A DNA stretch of 64,000 nucleotides. Origin: Thermodesulfobacteriota bacterium. GTDB taxonomy: Bacteria > Desulfobacterota_D > UBA1144 > Nemesobacterales > UBA2774. Positions 10,801 through 18,322 of this stretch are shown piece after piece. The notes below the pieces were generated by a model that was not told the origin of the DNA, ran no database searches, and saw only the letters and a list, made by a program, of their open reading frames with translations. A program made the position numbers and the translations under genes. The stretch is taken from NCBI GenBank assembly GCA_965223335.1, contig OZ244991.1, forward strand, positions 352,001 through 416,000, written 5' to 3'. The stretch's first letter is position 1. Each line of letters starts with the position of its first letter.

Positions 10801-13800
10801 GATACCGAGTCGTAGGGCTCGGGCTCTTTGTCATGGTCTAGGTTTTGAAGCACGCTATTGTAATATTCCACGGCCTCGATCAGGTTCGAAGACCTGTCCT
10901 TGCTATCGGTATGATTTACGAGTGTATCGGCTAATCTAAGCTCTAGCCCCCCATAAATCTTAGCCATTGTGCTTTTATCACAAAGAGTTAAAAGTACTTT
11001 ATAGATCCCGATCTCTTTAACCCTGTCTTTGTGCTCAACTGAAGAAATCGCATCGCTAAAATCACTTAGATCTTGATCAATCCCCATTTTTTCGGGATCT
11101 AGCCCGGCTGATGCAAATGCTTGATATGCATTGTTAAAGGCTTTAACAGAGTTTATTAAATCCTTGGGCTCACCCTTCTGCTTAGCACAAAGTGCATGTG
11201 CCCGCCCAAGCCTACTTTGAGTAAGACCAAAATCCCCGGGGTTGTGGTCTTCCGTAACATACCCGCTAACGCTTTCGAGATACCTAACGGCATCGGCAGC
11301 TTTGTTGTCTCTCAGACACTGCTCTGCCACACGCATATGCAGGTTTCCCAGATTCGTTTTGATACTATCAATATCATCAGCAGCTTCGGCTTCGAGAACC
11401 TTATTGTAGTATCCAACAGCACTCGTAAAGTTGTCGTGTTCACCACTCGTTTCGAATAACTCTTTTTGAATATCCCCTAGTCGCGTGCAAAGTGCGCTAT
11501 GCTCAACCGCCATCTGAGACTCATCCGTAATCTCGAGCACACTCTCCAAGAGATCAGTTGAATGCTCTCCTGCTTCTATCTCTTTCTCTAAAACGGTTTT
11601 AACAAGACTCTTTATGCCTTCGATTACCTCTTGATATTTCTCTGGCTCGTTTTCTTCACTGTACACACTTAGTGAATTCTTATACGCTTCAATTTCGTTT
11701 GTTATGTAATCGGATTTAGTATTTAGCTCATTTAGCAACCCGTAACTATGAGCGATCTGTTTTTGTATCTGGGCGTACTGCTCGGGGTATTTTTCCTGTG
11801 TATAGAGGTTTAGTGCCTCGCCTAATGCATCGATACCCCCGGTTAATTTGTCTATATCCTTTGCGGACTCCCCTTCCGATAACAACAGTTCCCCTATTAT
11901 TTTCGTTATCTCTGCATAGTCCTCGGGGTGATCACTCGAATTATAGAACTCGAGTGCGTCCCGATACCTTGATACTGCTGAGTCTAGGGACTCATCCCGA
12001 CCGAGTTGGGCAGCAGCTTCAACATAAAGATCCCCCACCACACGGTTCACATTTCCCAGCGTTTGCTCTTTGGTGTCTTTAGCCTTGGCTGCGGTGGCTG
12101 CCTCATAGAACTGAATGGCACTTAGGTAATCATCTTTATTCCCTGACTCCCTGGCAAGATCGGTGTATAGGGAACCGAGCTTGATTTGCACCGATTCCAG
12201 GTTCTCGCACATAGCATCCACATCAAATTTTTCCAAGATCTGTTTGTAAAGCAAAACCAGATCATCACTCTCAAGTTCAAGCCCGTTTAACAATTCCACT
12301 ACCCGTTTTAGTGCAAACGAGATATTCTCCAATCCAACTTCATTTTTATCCGCCTCATATGCCACAAGCGCACCGTGGTATGCGTTTAGCGCGTCTGATA
12401 TGTGGCTCTTATCCTTAGTTCCTTTGGCTTGGTTGGAGTAAGAGTCCCCAAGGGCCTCTTGAATAGATGCGTAGTTGTCCGGGTGATTGTCTCTATCAAA
12501 TATCTCAAGGGCCCTAACAAGATACTCCCTGCCCTGTTCGTATGCATCTTTTTCGACATGGCTTATCCCCGCTTCCAGCAAGGCGTTGCCGAGGCTCTTC
12601 TGAGACTCAGTATGCTCTGCACTATCCAAATCCTTAGCACTTAAATCCCGCGCCTTTTCATAATGCTCCACAGCCCGCTCACTGTTACTCGCGAACTCCT
12701 CTTGTCGTGATAGCGTAATATAGGCGTTGCCCATCCGCAGATGAATACCGGCATGCTCTAGGGGTTGATCACTATCAGCGTAATAATCGAGGCAGTCCGT
12801 AAAATTCTCGAGCGCTAATTTATATCTTTCTACATCATTTTCCTTCTCGGCAATTAATGCATAGATAGAGCCGATCTCTTTTTTAAGCAGTGCATATTCA
12901 TCAGGATAATCGTCCTTTCCGTAAACTTTAAGGGCTTCCTCGTAGGCCTCTATGGCCATTGTACTGTTTTCCACTAAGCCCTTCTCGTCCTCAAACAATC
13001 GGTACACGTCACCCAGCTTCTTTAGCGTTGCCGCATACTCAACCGGGGAGTGCTCAATATCGTAGCTCTTTAGTGCTTTTTCATAGAAGCTAATCGCTTG
13101 GTAGGGATCGCTTAACTCTGTTTCCCCAACCAGTTCATAGCTCTTAGCCAAGAGTTTCTGCAATTCCATGTGCCCTGCGGGGTATTTATCTTCGGTAAAC
13201 ACACCTAGTGATTCCTCAAGATACTGGGCAACTTGAGTGAGATTAACATCTTGCTCTCGATCCTCATACAATTCCAGATACGCATAACCTAAACCCATAT
13301 TGATAAACCCATAATTAAGAGGCGAGGCATCTTTATCGCATTGCTCCAAAGCGGCTTTTAGCTCTGATATTGCCGCCTCATAGCTATGAGTCTTATGTTC
13401 GTGCTCAGCTATGGATAGATAAGCAATGCCAAGATTCTGCTTTAGCTGCATCCGTGTTGCTTTCAGAGTGTCCTTGGGTTGGGAGCTATCTAACTCTTTA
13501 TACAGATTAAGAGCTTCTTTGTAACCCTCGGACTCTTGAGTGCACCAAGCACGCATCAGATGCGTAGAAGCAATATCCATTTCAATCGAACTCTGTTTAG
13601 ACTCCGCAGCGACCTCGGAATAGATCTCTTTTGCATCACTGAGTGCAGTCAAAGAGGTTTTGAAACCCTCCTCTGACGAACACTCTGTTGCAGCGCTTCG
13701 TGTATCGAGCCCGATATTTCTATTTAATAACGCTTCTCGGTACCTATATCCCTCGGCACTGTAAACATCCAAAGAAGATTTGTAGTAATCCAGAGACTTA

Positions 13801-16800
13801 TTAATCCCCTCACTCTCATGGCCGTCTGATAATGATGAGTTCACTACACCGAGGCTATTTTGCGCCCGGGCCCGATCAAGCTCGAACCCCTTATCCTCGT
13901 ATATATCGAGACTCTGTTCCAGCATCCCATGTGCTTCCTCGAGATGTTCGGTAGAACTCTCGAGCACAGATAAACCATGTTTTGAGATTGCGAGGTTTGA
14001 CAAAATGTCGGCTCTCAGCAATTCGTCGTTACCGCTTTTCACGCTGTTTAGTGCTTGGCTAAGCAGTTGATCAGCCAACTGTGTATCCTTAGAGGACGCT
14101 TCTATGGACGATAGGAAATTATGAGCTGCACCCAAATTACTCTTTACCGTAGCGCACTTACGTGGATAGCCCTCTATCTCGGGAGTATCTAGAACTTCGT
14201 TTAGAATCTCTATGGACTTTTTACAGTTTTTTACACTGTCCTCGCAATCGGCCAGTGTTAGGTATGCGGCACCCAGGTTATTACGAATCTTTAGATGGTT
14301 AATCACACTATCACCAGAGTCATACTCCCTAAGGGCCCTCTCGTAGGCCTGAATGGCCTTTCTACTGTTCTTTGCCCTATCCGTTTTTTCGGCCAATGAC
14401 CTGTAGATATTGCCCAGATTGTTTAGTATCAGAGCCGAGTATTTTTCGTTGCCCTCTCCATCCAATACTCTAAGAGCATCCTCATATGAGGCCTCGGCCA
14501 TATCTATTGACTTGGTCTCTTTAGAGATTCTTGCAATGTATGAGTAATTTAGGCCCAGTTTGCACTTAAGCTCCCCGTAATCCTCGGGAAAATCGCTCTC
14601 GGTAGAGATCTCGAGCGCGGATAAATAGTAGTCAATCGATTTCTCAAACTGCTCCAAATCCAGTTTGTATATACCCAGATTTCTATAGATATCGCCTAAA
14701 TTACTGCAGATCATTGCGTATTGGAGAGGATAATCACCAAAAGTATAAAATTTGAGAGCGTTCTCATAGCATTCAATAGCGTCATCAAAATTCCCAGATT
14801 CGCTTTGAGCACGGTAAAGCTTTTGTAAAGCAAGGCCCATGTTGAATTGGATCATGCCAAATTTATCAGGGTAGTCCTCCGAGACATAAACCCTAATTGC
14901 CTCTTTATATGAATCTATAGCTTTACTCGAGTTGTGGGCCTCATCCTCAACATCCGCAAGTGTGCTGTATGCAACACCCAGATTGTTATGGGTCATTGCA
15001 TAATCCAATGGTGCCTCCTCTATGTTCCTTATCTTAAGGGATTCTTCATAAGCCTTAATAGCCCTCTTTGAGTTCTCCGCAGCACCGTGTAGTTCGGCAA
15101 GCGTGCTGTAAGCGTTGCCCAAATTGTTGTAGGTAGTCGAGTATTCTTGGGGATATTTGCCAAGGGTATATATCTCTAAAGCCTCACGATAACACCCAAT
15201 GGCCTTAGTGCAATTAGCGCTATCGTTCTCAATCTGAGCCAGCATGTCATATGCGGCACCCATATTATTTAGGAGAGATGCATATTCAGCGGTCGATTTA
15301 TTTTTCTTATAGTAGTTGTATGCAGTGGTATATGATTTGATAGCGTCCACACAATTTGCACCCTCACCCTCATACTCGGCTAAAGTCCTGTAGGCATCGC
15401 CAAGCAGTTTTGACACAAATGCGTACTGCTCTTTATTTTTAAGAGCCTTGTACTGATGCATCGCCTTTTTGTAGGAATCGATTGCTTGCGAGATGTTACT
15501 TGCAATGGGTCCGTTGTGTTCAAGCAAGAGGTAAATATCACCTAAGGTTCTTAGTAGCCCTGCACTCTCTTCTTTTTCATCCAAAGCATTAAAAACATCT
15601 AAAGCGCTGTTTAGCACCTCGATTGACTCTATTAGCTGATTCTCTCCCCCGGTGTCTTGTTCACGCGAGAGTTTAAACTGTGCAATCCCCAAGTCTCTGG
15701 TTATGGTTGCAAAATCCAATGGATAGTTGTCTTTGTTAAAATAAGTTAGAGCATCACTAAAGTCTTCAAGTGCAGTCTTTGCGTAATCATTATTTGGTTC
15801 CGCCTCTACAAGTGAGATGTGCACATTGCCTTTATTTCTTTTGATGTCTGCGCATTCGTACGGATTATTACCGGTGATATAAAACTCCAGAGCACTATCG
15901 TATGCCGCGAGCGCATTGTTGTAGTTCTCAACCGGGTTCTCTGCCAACGCCAGCGTTGTAAACGATAGGGCTAGGTTTTGGTTTATTATTGCGTTTATCA
16001 TAGGGTCTAAGTCACTGGACAATGCGGATTTGTAGTAAGTAATAGCTTTTTTACAGTTCCTAGTTCTATTGCGGTCAAAGCCTTGTATGGTGTGAGCAAG
16101 ACCCAAATTGTTATTTATATGAGTGTGAATTGCGGGGAATTGTTCTTTTGTAAAATAGCCTAGTGCATTCTCGTAATGCTCAATTGCAATATCACAGTTT
16201 TCACTCCTGGAACTATACGCAGCCAAAAGCACATAGAGATCAGCAATATTGCGTCTCGTATTAGACACTACGTCCTCGGCGTGGTCTTCGTTCTCTATAA
16301 TTCTCGTGAGCAGCCCTAATGCTTTACGATACAATTTAATTCTTTGCTCGGCACTACAGTCTTCTTCTTTCGCAAGTTCTCTATAGAGATAGCCCAAAAA
16401 ACTGTTTATTTGCCAAGGCATATCGCTTTTAATTCTGCTCTCTATGCCCTTTAGCCTTTTTACTATCTTATCCAGCTGATCTACGTTAAAACCTTTTTCA
16501 TCAAAGTAGATCTCGGACAGTTCGAATGCCAAGTCGCTGGATTGATTGGTCTTATTCTTGTTTATATTCTTAACCGTTGATAAAGCGTCAACCAGATAGA
16601 CCTCGATGGTATGGCGTATATATTTAGGCAAATAATGGGATATACGCTCGTATGGGCTACCCTGTTCGCTTGATCTAAGGTCGCTATCGACAGTGATTGT
16701 TGGGAAGCTGTCGGTCTGGGTTAAGTTAGAGATAAAGGTTTTTGTTAAACCGGTATCATCACTTTGTTGCGTATGCGATTCGTCTGAGCTAAGAGCCGTT

Positions 16801-17132
16801 TTTTCATCCTGAATAGTAAGTACGGATGTGTTGTTGCCCCTAAGAAAACCGTACTCATATAAAAGTGCCGGGCTATAACCGTCTAGCACCAAAATCCCCA
16901 AAGCCGTGTCGGTCGCAAGTTTTTCAAACCGCTCCCTAAATTGACTGGGGCTAGTATTTTTTTCGGTTATGGATTCAACCTTAAACCCATACGACGACAG
17001 GACATCTCTAAGAGGGTTTACAATTTCATTTACATACTCTACGTCGCTATGGTCGGGGTGTACGATAAGGCAGGGAATCTCGCCTTGAGTAATCAGCTTG
17101 TTTATTGCATTTAGACTTCGGTTCGCTTTCAT
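7854..17132 (-). CDS. Giant tetratricopeptide-repeat protein (3092 aa) with N-terminal TIR/nucleoside 2-deoxyribosyltransferase-like domain
   Basis: Dozens of ~47-aa repeats of type PxxYAxTQNNLGxAYxxLAxxExxxxNCxKAIxAYxEALxVY; N-terminal motif GILVLDGYSPALLYEYGFLRGNNTSVLTIQ; no signal peptide. Confidence 0.9.
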   Translation of the reverse strand: MKANRSLNAINKLITQGEIPCLIVHPDHSDVEYVNEIVNPLRDVLSSYGFKVESITEKNTSPSQFRERFEKLATDTALGILVLDGYSPALLYEYGFLRGNNTSVLTIQDEKTALSSDESHTQQSDDTGLTKTFISNLTQTDSFPTITVDSDLRSSEQGSPYERISHYLPKYIRHTIEVYLVDALSTVKNINKNKTNQSSDLAFELSEIYFDEKGFNVDQLDKIVKRLKGIESRIKSDMPWQINSFLGYLYRELAKEEDCSAEQRIKLYRKALGLLTRIIENEDHAEDVVSNTRRNIADLYVLLAAYSSRSENCDIAIEHYENALGYFTKEQFPAIHTHINNNLGLAHTIQGFDRNRTRNCKKAITYYKSALSSDLDPMINAIINQNLALSFTTLALAENPVENYNNALAAYDSALEFYITGNNPYECADIKRNKGNVHISLVEAEPNNDYAKTALEDFSDALTYFNKDNYPLDFATITRDLGIAQFKLSREQDTGGENQLIESIEVLNSALDVFNALDEKEESAGLLRTLGDIYLLLEHNGPIASNISQAIDSYKKAMHQYKALKNKEQYAFVSKLLGDAYRTLAEYEGEGANCVDAIKSYTTAYNYYKKNKSTAEYASLLNNMGAAYDMLAQIENDSANCTKAIGCYREALEIYTLGKYPQEYSTTYNNLGNAYSTLAELHGAAENSKRAIKAYEESLKIRNIEEAPLDYAMTHNNLGVAYSTLADVEDEAHNSSKAIDSYKEAIRVYVSEDYPDKFGMIQFNMGLALQKLYRAQSESGNFDDAIECYENALKFYTFGDYPLQYAMICSNLGDIYRNLGIYKLDLEQFEKSIDYYLSALEISTESDFPEDYGELKCKLGLNYSYIARISKETKSIDMAEASYEDALRVLDGEGNEKYSALILNNLGNIYRSLAEKTDRAKNSRKAIQAYERALREYDSGDSVINHLKIRNNLGAAYLTLADCEDSVKNCKKSIEILNEVLDTPEIEGYPRKCATVKSNLGAAHNFLSSIEASSKDTQLADQLLSQALNSVKSGNDELLRADILSNLAISKHGLSVLESSTEHLEEAHGMLEQSLDIYEDKGFELDRARAQNSLGVVNSSLSDGHESEGINKSLDYYKSSLDVYSAEGYRYREALLNRNIGLDTRSAATECSSEEGFKTSLTALSDAKEIYSEVAAESKQSSIEMDIASTHLMRAWCTQESEGYKEALNLYKELDSSQPKDTLKATRMQLKQNLGIAYLSIAEHEHKTHSYEAAISELKAALEQCDKDASPLNYGFINMGLGYAYLELYEDREQDVNLTQVAQYLEESLGVFTEDKYPAGHMELQKLLAKSYELVGETELSDPYQAISFYEKALKSYDIEHSPVEYAATLKKLGDVYRLFEDEKGLVENSTMAIEAYEEALKVYGKDDYPDEYALLKKEIGSIYALIAEKENDVERYKLALENFTDCLDYYADSDQPLEHAGIHLRMGNAYITLSRQEEFASNSERAVEHYEKARDLSAKDLDSAEHTESQKSLGNALLEAGISHVEKDAYEQGREYLVRALEIFDRDNHPDNYASIQEALGDSYSNQAKGTKDKSHISDALNAYHGALVAYEADKNEVGLENISFALKRVVELLNGLELESDDLVLLYKQILEKFDVDAMCENLESVQIKLGSLYTDLARESGNKDDYLSAIQFYEAATAAKAKDTKEQTLGNVNRVVGDLYVEAAAQLGRDESLDSAVSRYRDALEFYNSSDHPEDYAEITKIIGELLLSEGESAKDIDKLTGGIDALGEALNLYTQEKYPEQYAQIQKQIAHSYGLLNELNTKSDYITNEIEAYKNSLSVYSEENEPEKYQEVIEGIKSLVKTVLEKEIEAGEHSTDLLESVLEITDESQMAVEHSALCTRLGDIQKELFETSGEHDNFTSAVGYYNKVLEAEAADDIDSIKTNLGNLHMRVAEQCLRDNKAADAVRYLESVSGYVTEDHNPGDFGLTQSRLGRAHALCAKQKGEPKDLINSVKAFNNAYQAFASAGLDPEKMGIDQDLSDFSDAISSVEHKDRVKEIGIYKVLLTLCDKSTMAKIYGGLELRLADTLVNHTDSKDRSSNLIEAVEYYNSVLQNLDHDKEPEPYDSVSKKLTVAYLGLSESSQDSNDNEAALGHVRDALGAYNTHNLEKHAPELYDQIIERFVLISETAHKDPDKELAILKETLELLDPKVMPLRFASISKRLGDAYSAQASSDKDHSKYNEAVEYYNSALKHYKDQKDEQEYALTKLMLGIALCSITDEDKKEENHTKALDAFEEAEKVITDKDTLAKVREWITNSNEVLEQLRAEEVKNEEEPIVLENVLSEEGNDIVFYEKAAERYNLEDSPEEFACAHKNLGTAYTELLKTESSKNNIQKAISSYEQALEFYTLDNSPEDYGFVQYKLSNLYLQLAELDQSPTLYNNVLKASRQALLVYNKKDSPDLHNDAESVYNKAKEAVASLRAAKIPSPDKKETETKKEEIAEVVELKEVKERRRKKAASDTKTITVEKTTEQAVRDSAEMPDQAESEEFADPKEAIQFHENALKSLDVETSPEEFADAHYKIANSYRKIAEEGAKPNAFRKSIKSYEESLKVYNRADYPTQYGLVYRNLGYTYHMYSKTDSDIKKMRKAIDCYTESLKIYSVGKSPFVFGVIQKNIGDILITLAEIEGEITHYKEAVTSYMLTLQVFDPDKFPAEYGAVQKNVGLASSIIAEVEGEIANYIRATNAYRESLKIYKRSTNPLEYGEIKKYTGIAYGKLAENGEQVKENYHNAISEYTDALKVYTPETSLADYGLINRNIGHIYRALAEWEDRIANCKKACEAYELCTNYYSLQSYPDEYATIQDYLGALYKSLAEYEDTENNCKRSIKAYEQTLKFYTVNEYPVEYAATQNNIGVIYRTLAEALDKGKNCKRAIKAYNESLRVYNKDEYPVQYGSTQNNLGTAFRTLADVEEKTANCKKAIKSYEEALKVRSIQQFPIQFAGTQNNLGVVYRTLAESEDKARNCKKAIKAYETALIIYTIEQYPMQYATTQNNIGGAYTTLAEIQNKAGNCEKAIEAYNEALKVFTKKDFPDVHDLVTTNLNLLHDFSRKK
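7900..8740 (-). repeat. Coding tandem repeat with 141-nt period (47-aa TPR units) at the 3' end of the giant TPR gene
   Basis: GTTGTT(T/C)TG, the reverse complement of the QNN codons, recurs at 8031, 8172, 8313 and 8454, exactly 141 nt apart. Confidence 0.85.
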
Positions 17133-17139
17133 TTATCTG

Positions 17140-17169
17140 ATTATATAGCGCAAAACAATTTCCATTCAA
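17140..17169 (-). promoter_or_regulatory. Putative sigma70 promoter for leaderless transcription of the giant TPR gene
   Basis: Minus strand TTGAAT-N18-TATAAT, then 7 nt to the ATG at 17132; no Shine-Dalgarno. Confidence 0.5.
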
Positions 17170-17287
17170 CTATTAATTATACACAGGGGGTGGCAATACA
17201 AAATTAAAGAATTACTAATTTTTACAGCTAGTTACACGGCACGAAGAGAACAAATATCAGGGGTAGTTTGGAACATAAAACTACATA

Positions 17288-17320
17288 GAAGCGGGGTTAT
17301 GAGTATCCGAATCCCGCTTC
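17288..17320 (-). terminator. Terminator-like hairpin of the riboswitch expression platform
   Basis: Minus strand GAAGCGGG-N17-CCCGCTTC followed by TATGTAGTTTT. The 5' arm overlaps the 3' strand of the aptamer P1; the U-tract is imperfect. Confidence 0.6.
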
Positions 17321-17413
17321 GGCAACCCAGCCGCCGACTAGTGCTTATCCAAGCACCTTAGGCCTGTGGTTTTGCGTCCCATCTTTTCAGATGGTTTGCC
17401 CCTTCGTTCCGGG
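17312..17413 (-). ncRNA. Cyclic di-GMP-I (GEMM) riboswitch aptamer
   Basis: Minus strand reads GGGGCAAACCATCT-GAAA-AGATGGGACGCAAAACCACAGGCCTAAGGTGCTT-GGAT-AAGCACTAGTCGGCGGCTGGGTTGCCGAAGCGGG. This matches the GEMM core: GGCAAACC, GNRA-capped stem, GGGACGCAAA, CCTAA receptor and GTTRCC. Confidence 0.93.
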
Positions 17414-17434
17414 ACCACCAACTCCCTTATACAA

Positions 17435-17463
17435 ACCTTATAGCTAGTTTCTATTTGTGTCAA
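17435..17463 (-). promoter_or_regulatory. Putative sigma70 promoter feeding the riboswitch
   Basis: Minus strand TTGACA (17463-17458)-N17-TAAGGT (17440-17435), about 20 nt upstream of the aptamer. Confidence 0.65.
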
Positions 17464-17574
17464 TACAACCTACCTGCAACATTAAAAAAACTACCCCCTG
17501 ACCCCGGTCGGTCGGTTGCAATTCCCAGCTGGAAAGATCGGTTTATTCAATACGCACCGAACATTACGATTAAA

Positions 17575-18012
17575 TCAAACACCATCGACTTTTTTAAAGC
17601 ACTTACTACAGAACTCGCTGCCGCTAACAATCTGGTTGCCGCACTCACACGTGCCCATTATTTCAGGTTTGGAAAGGGCTTTTAATCTCCCAAGCGCTTT
17701 TTGGGCATCCTGGTGTACAAGCTCGAGTTCCTCTCTGCATCTGTCGATCTCTTCATATATCTGCTCGATCTCCTTACATTTCTCCATTACACCGTCTTCG
17801 TTTATCTTGCCCTTATACTTGTACATCTTATAGACCAAATTCCCGACGGCCTCGGTACTTGTCCTTCTGCGTTTAGATAGGCTACGTATCCGGTTTTTTA
17901 TTCTTATCACCCCATACGCCTCTTTAGACCTTATATTTACAATCCTCAACCCCCTCCCAATACCTACCTTTATTTTGTCCAGTATCTCATTCGGTTCGTT
18001 TATATCTGTCAT
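17575..18012 (-). CDS. Coiled-coil protein with C-terminal zinc ribbon
   Basis: Basic helical body followed by CECG...FCSKC; GAGGATGAGG RBS upstream. Confidence 0.78.
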   Translation of the reverse strand: MTDINEPNEILDKIKVGIGRGLRIVNIRSKEAYGVIRIKNRIRSLSKRRRTSTEAVGNLVYKMYKYKGKINEDGVMEKCKEIEQIYEEIDRCREELELVHQDAQKALGRLKALSKPEIMGTCECGNQIVSGSEFCSKCFKKVDGV

Positions 18013-18322
18013 ATCCTCATCCTCTGTACCGAAAAACCAAGGTGTGCGGTCTATATCAAATAAGATACTTGAACAGACTCAAAGTGGAATACTGGGTTAT
18101 GAAAATAAGGTGAATTCCACAGCCCGGCACCACAGCTTAATAACCAGTACAAAATTATGATTAATTAATTGACTAGATCACAAGATCGGATATTTTGTAT
18201 ATATACCAAGGTAAAATCTTCTGTGTAAATGTTAGAGACAAATAAATTAATTTCAGGGTAATCTCTATACCCAGCCGAAGAAAAACCAATACAAATCCAC
18301 ACTCAAAACCGGAGAACATAGA

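Noticed and set aside
7854..17132. TPR-CHAT protease or NLR-like STAND ATPase
   Set aside because: No His-Gly/Ala-Cys caspase-like dyad motifs and no Walker A motif were recognised.
17312..17413. c-AMP-GMP (GEMM-Ib) riboswitch variant
   Set aside because: The discriminating position equivalent to Vc2 nucleotide 20 is G, not A.
17455..17833. Plus-strand ORFs 17455-17685 and 17516-17833
   Set aside because: They are antisense to the zinc-ribbon gene and riboswitch promoter, with no RBS or recognisable motif.
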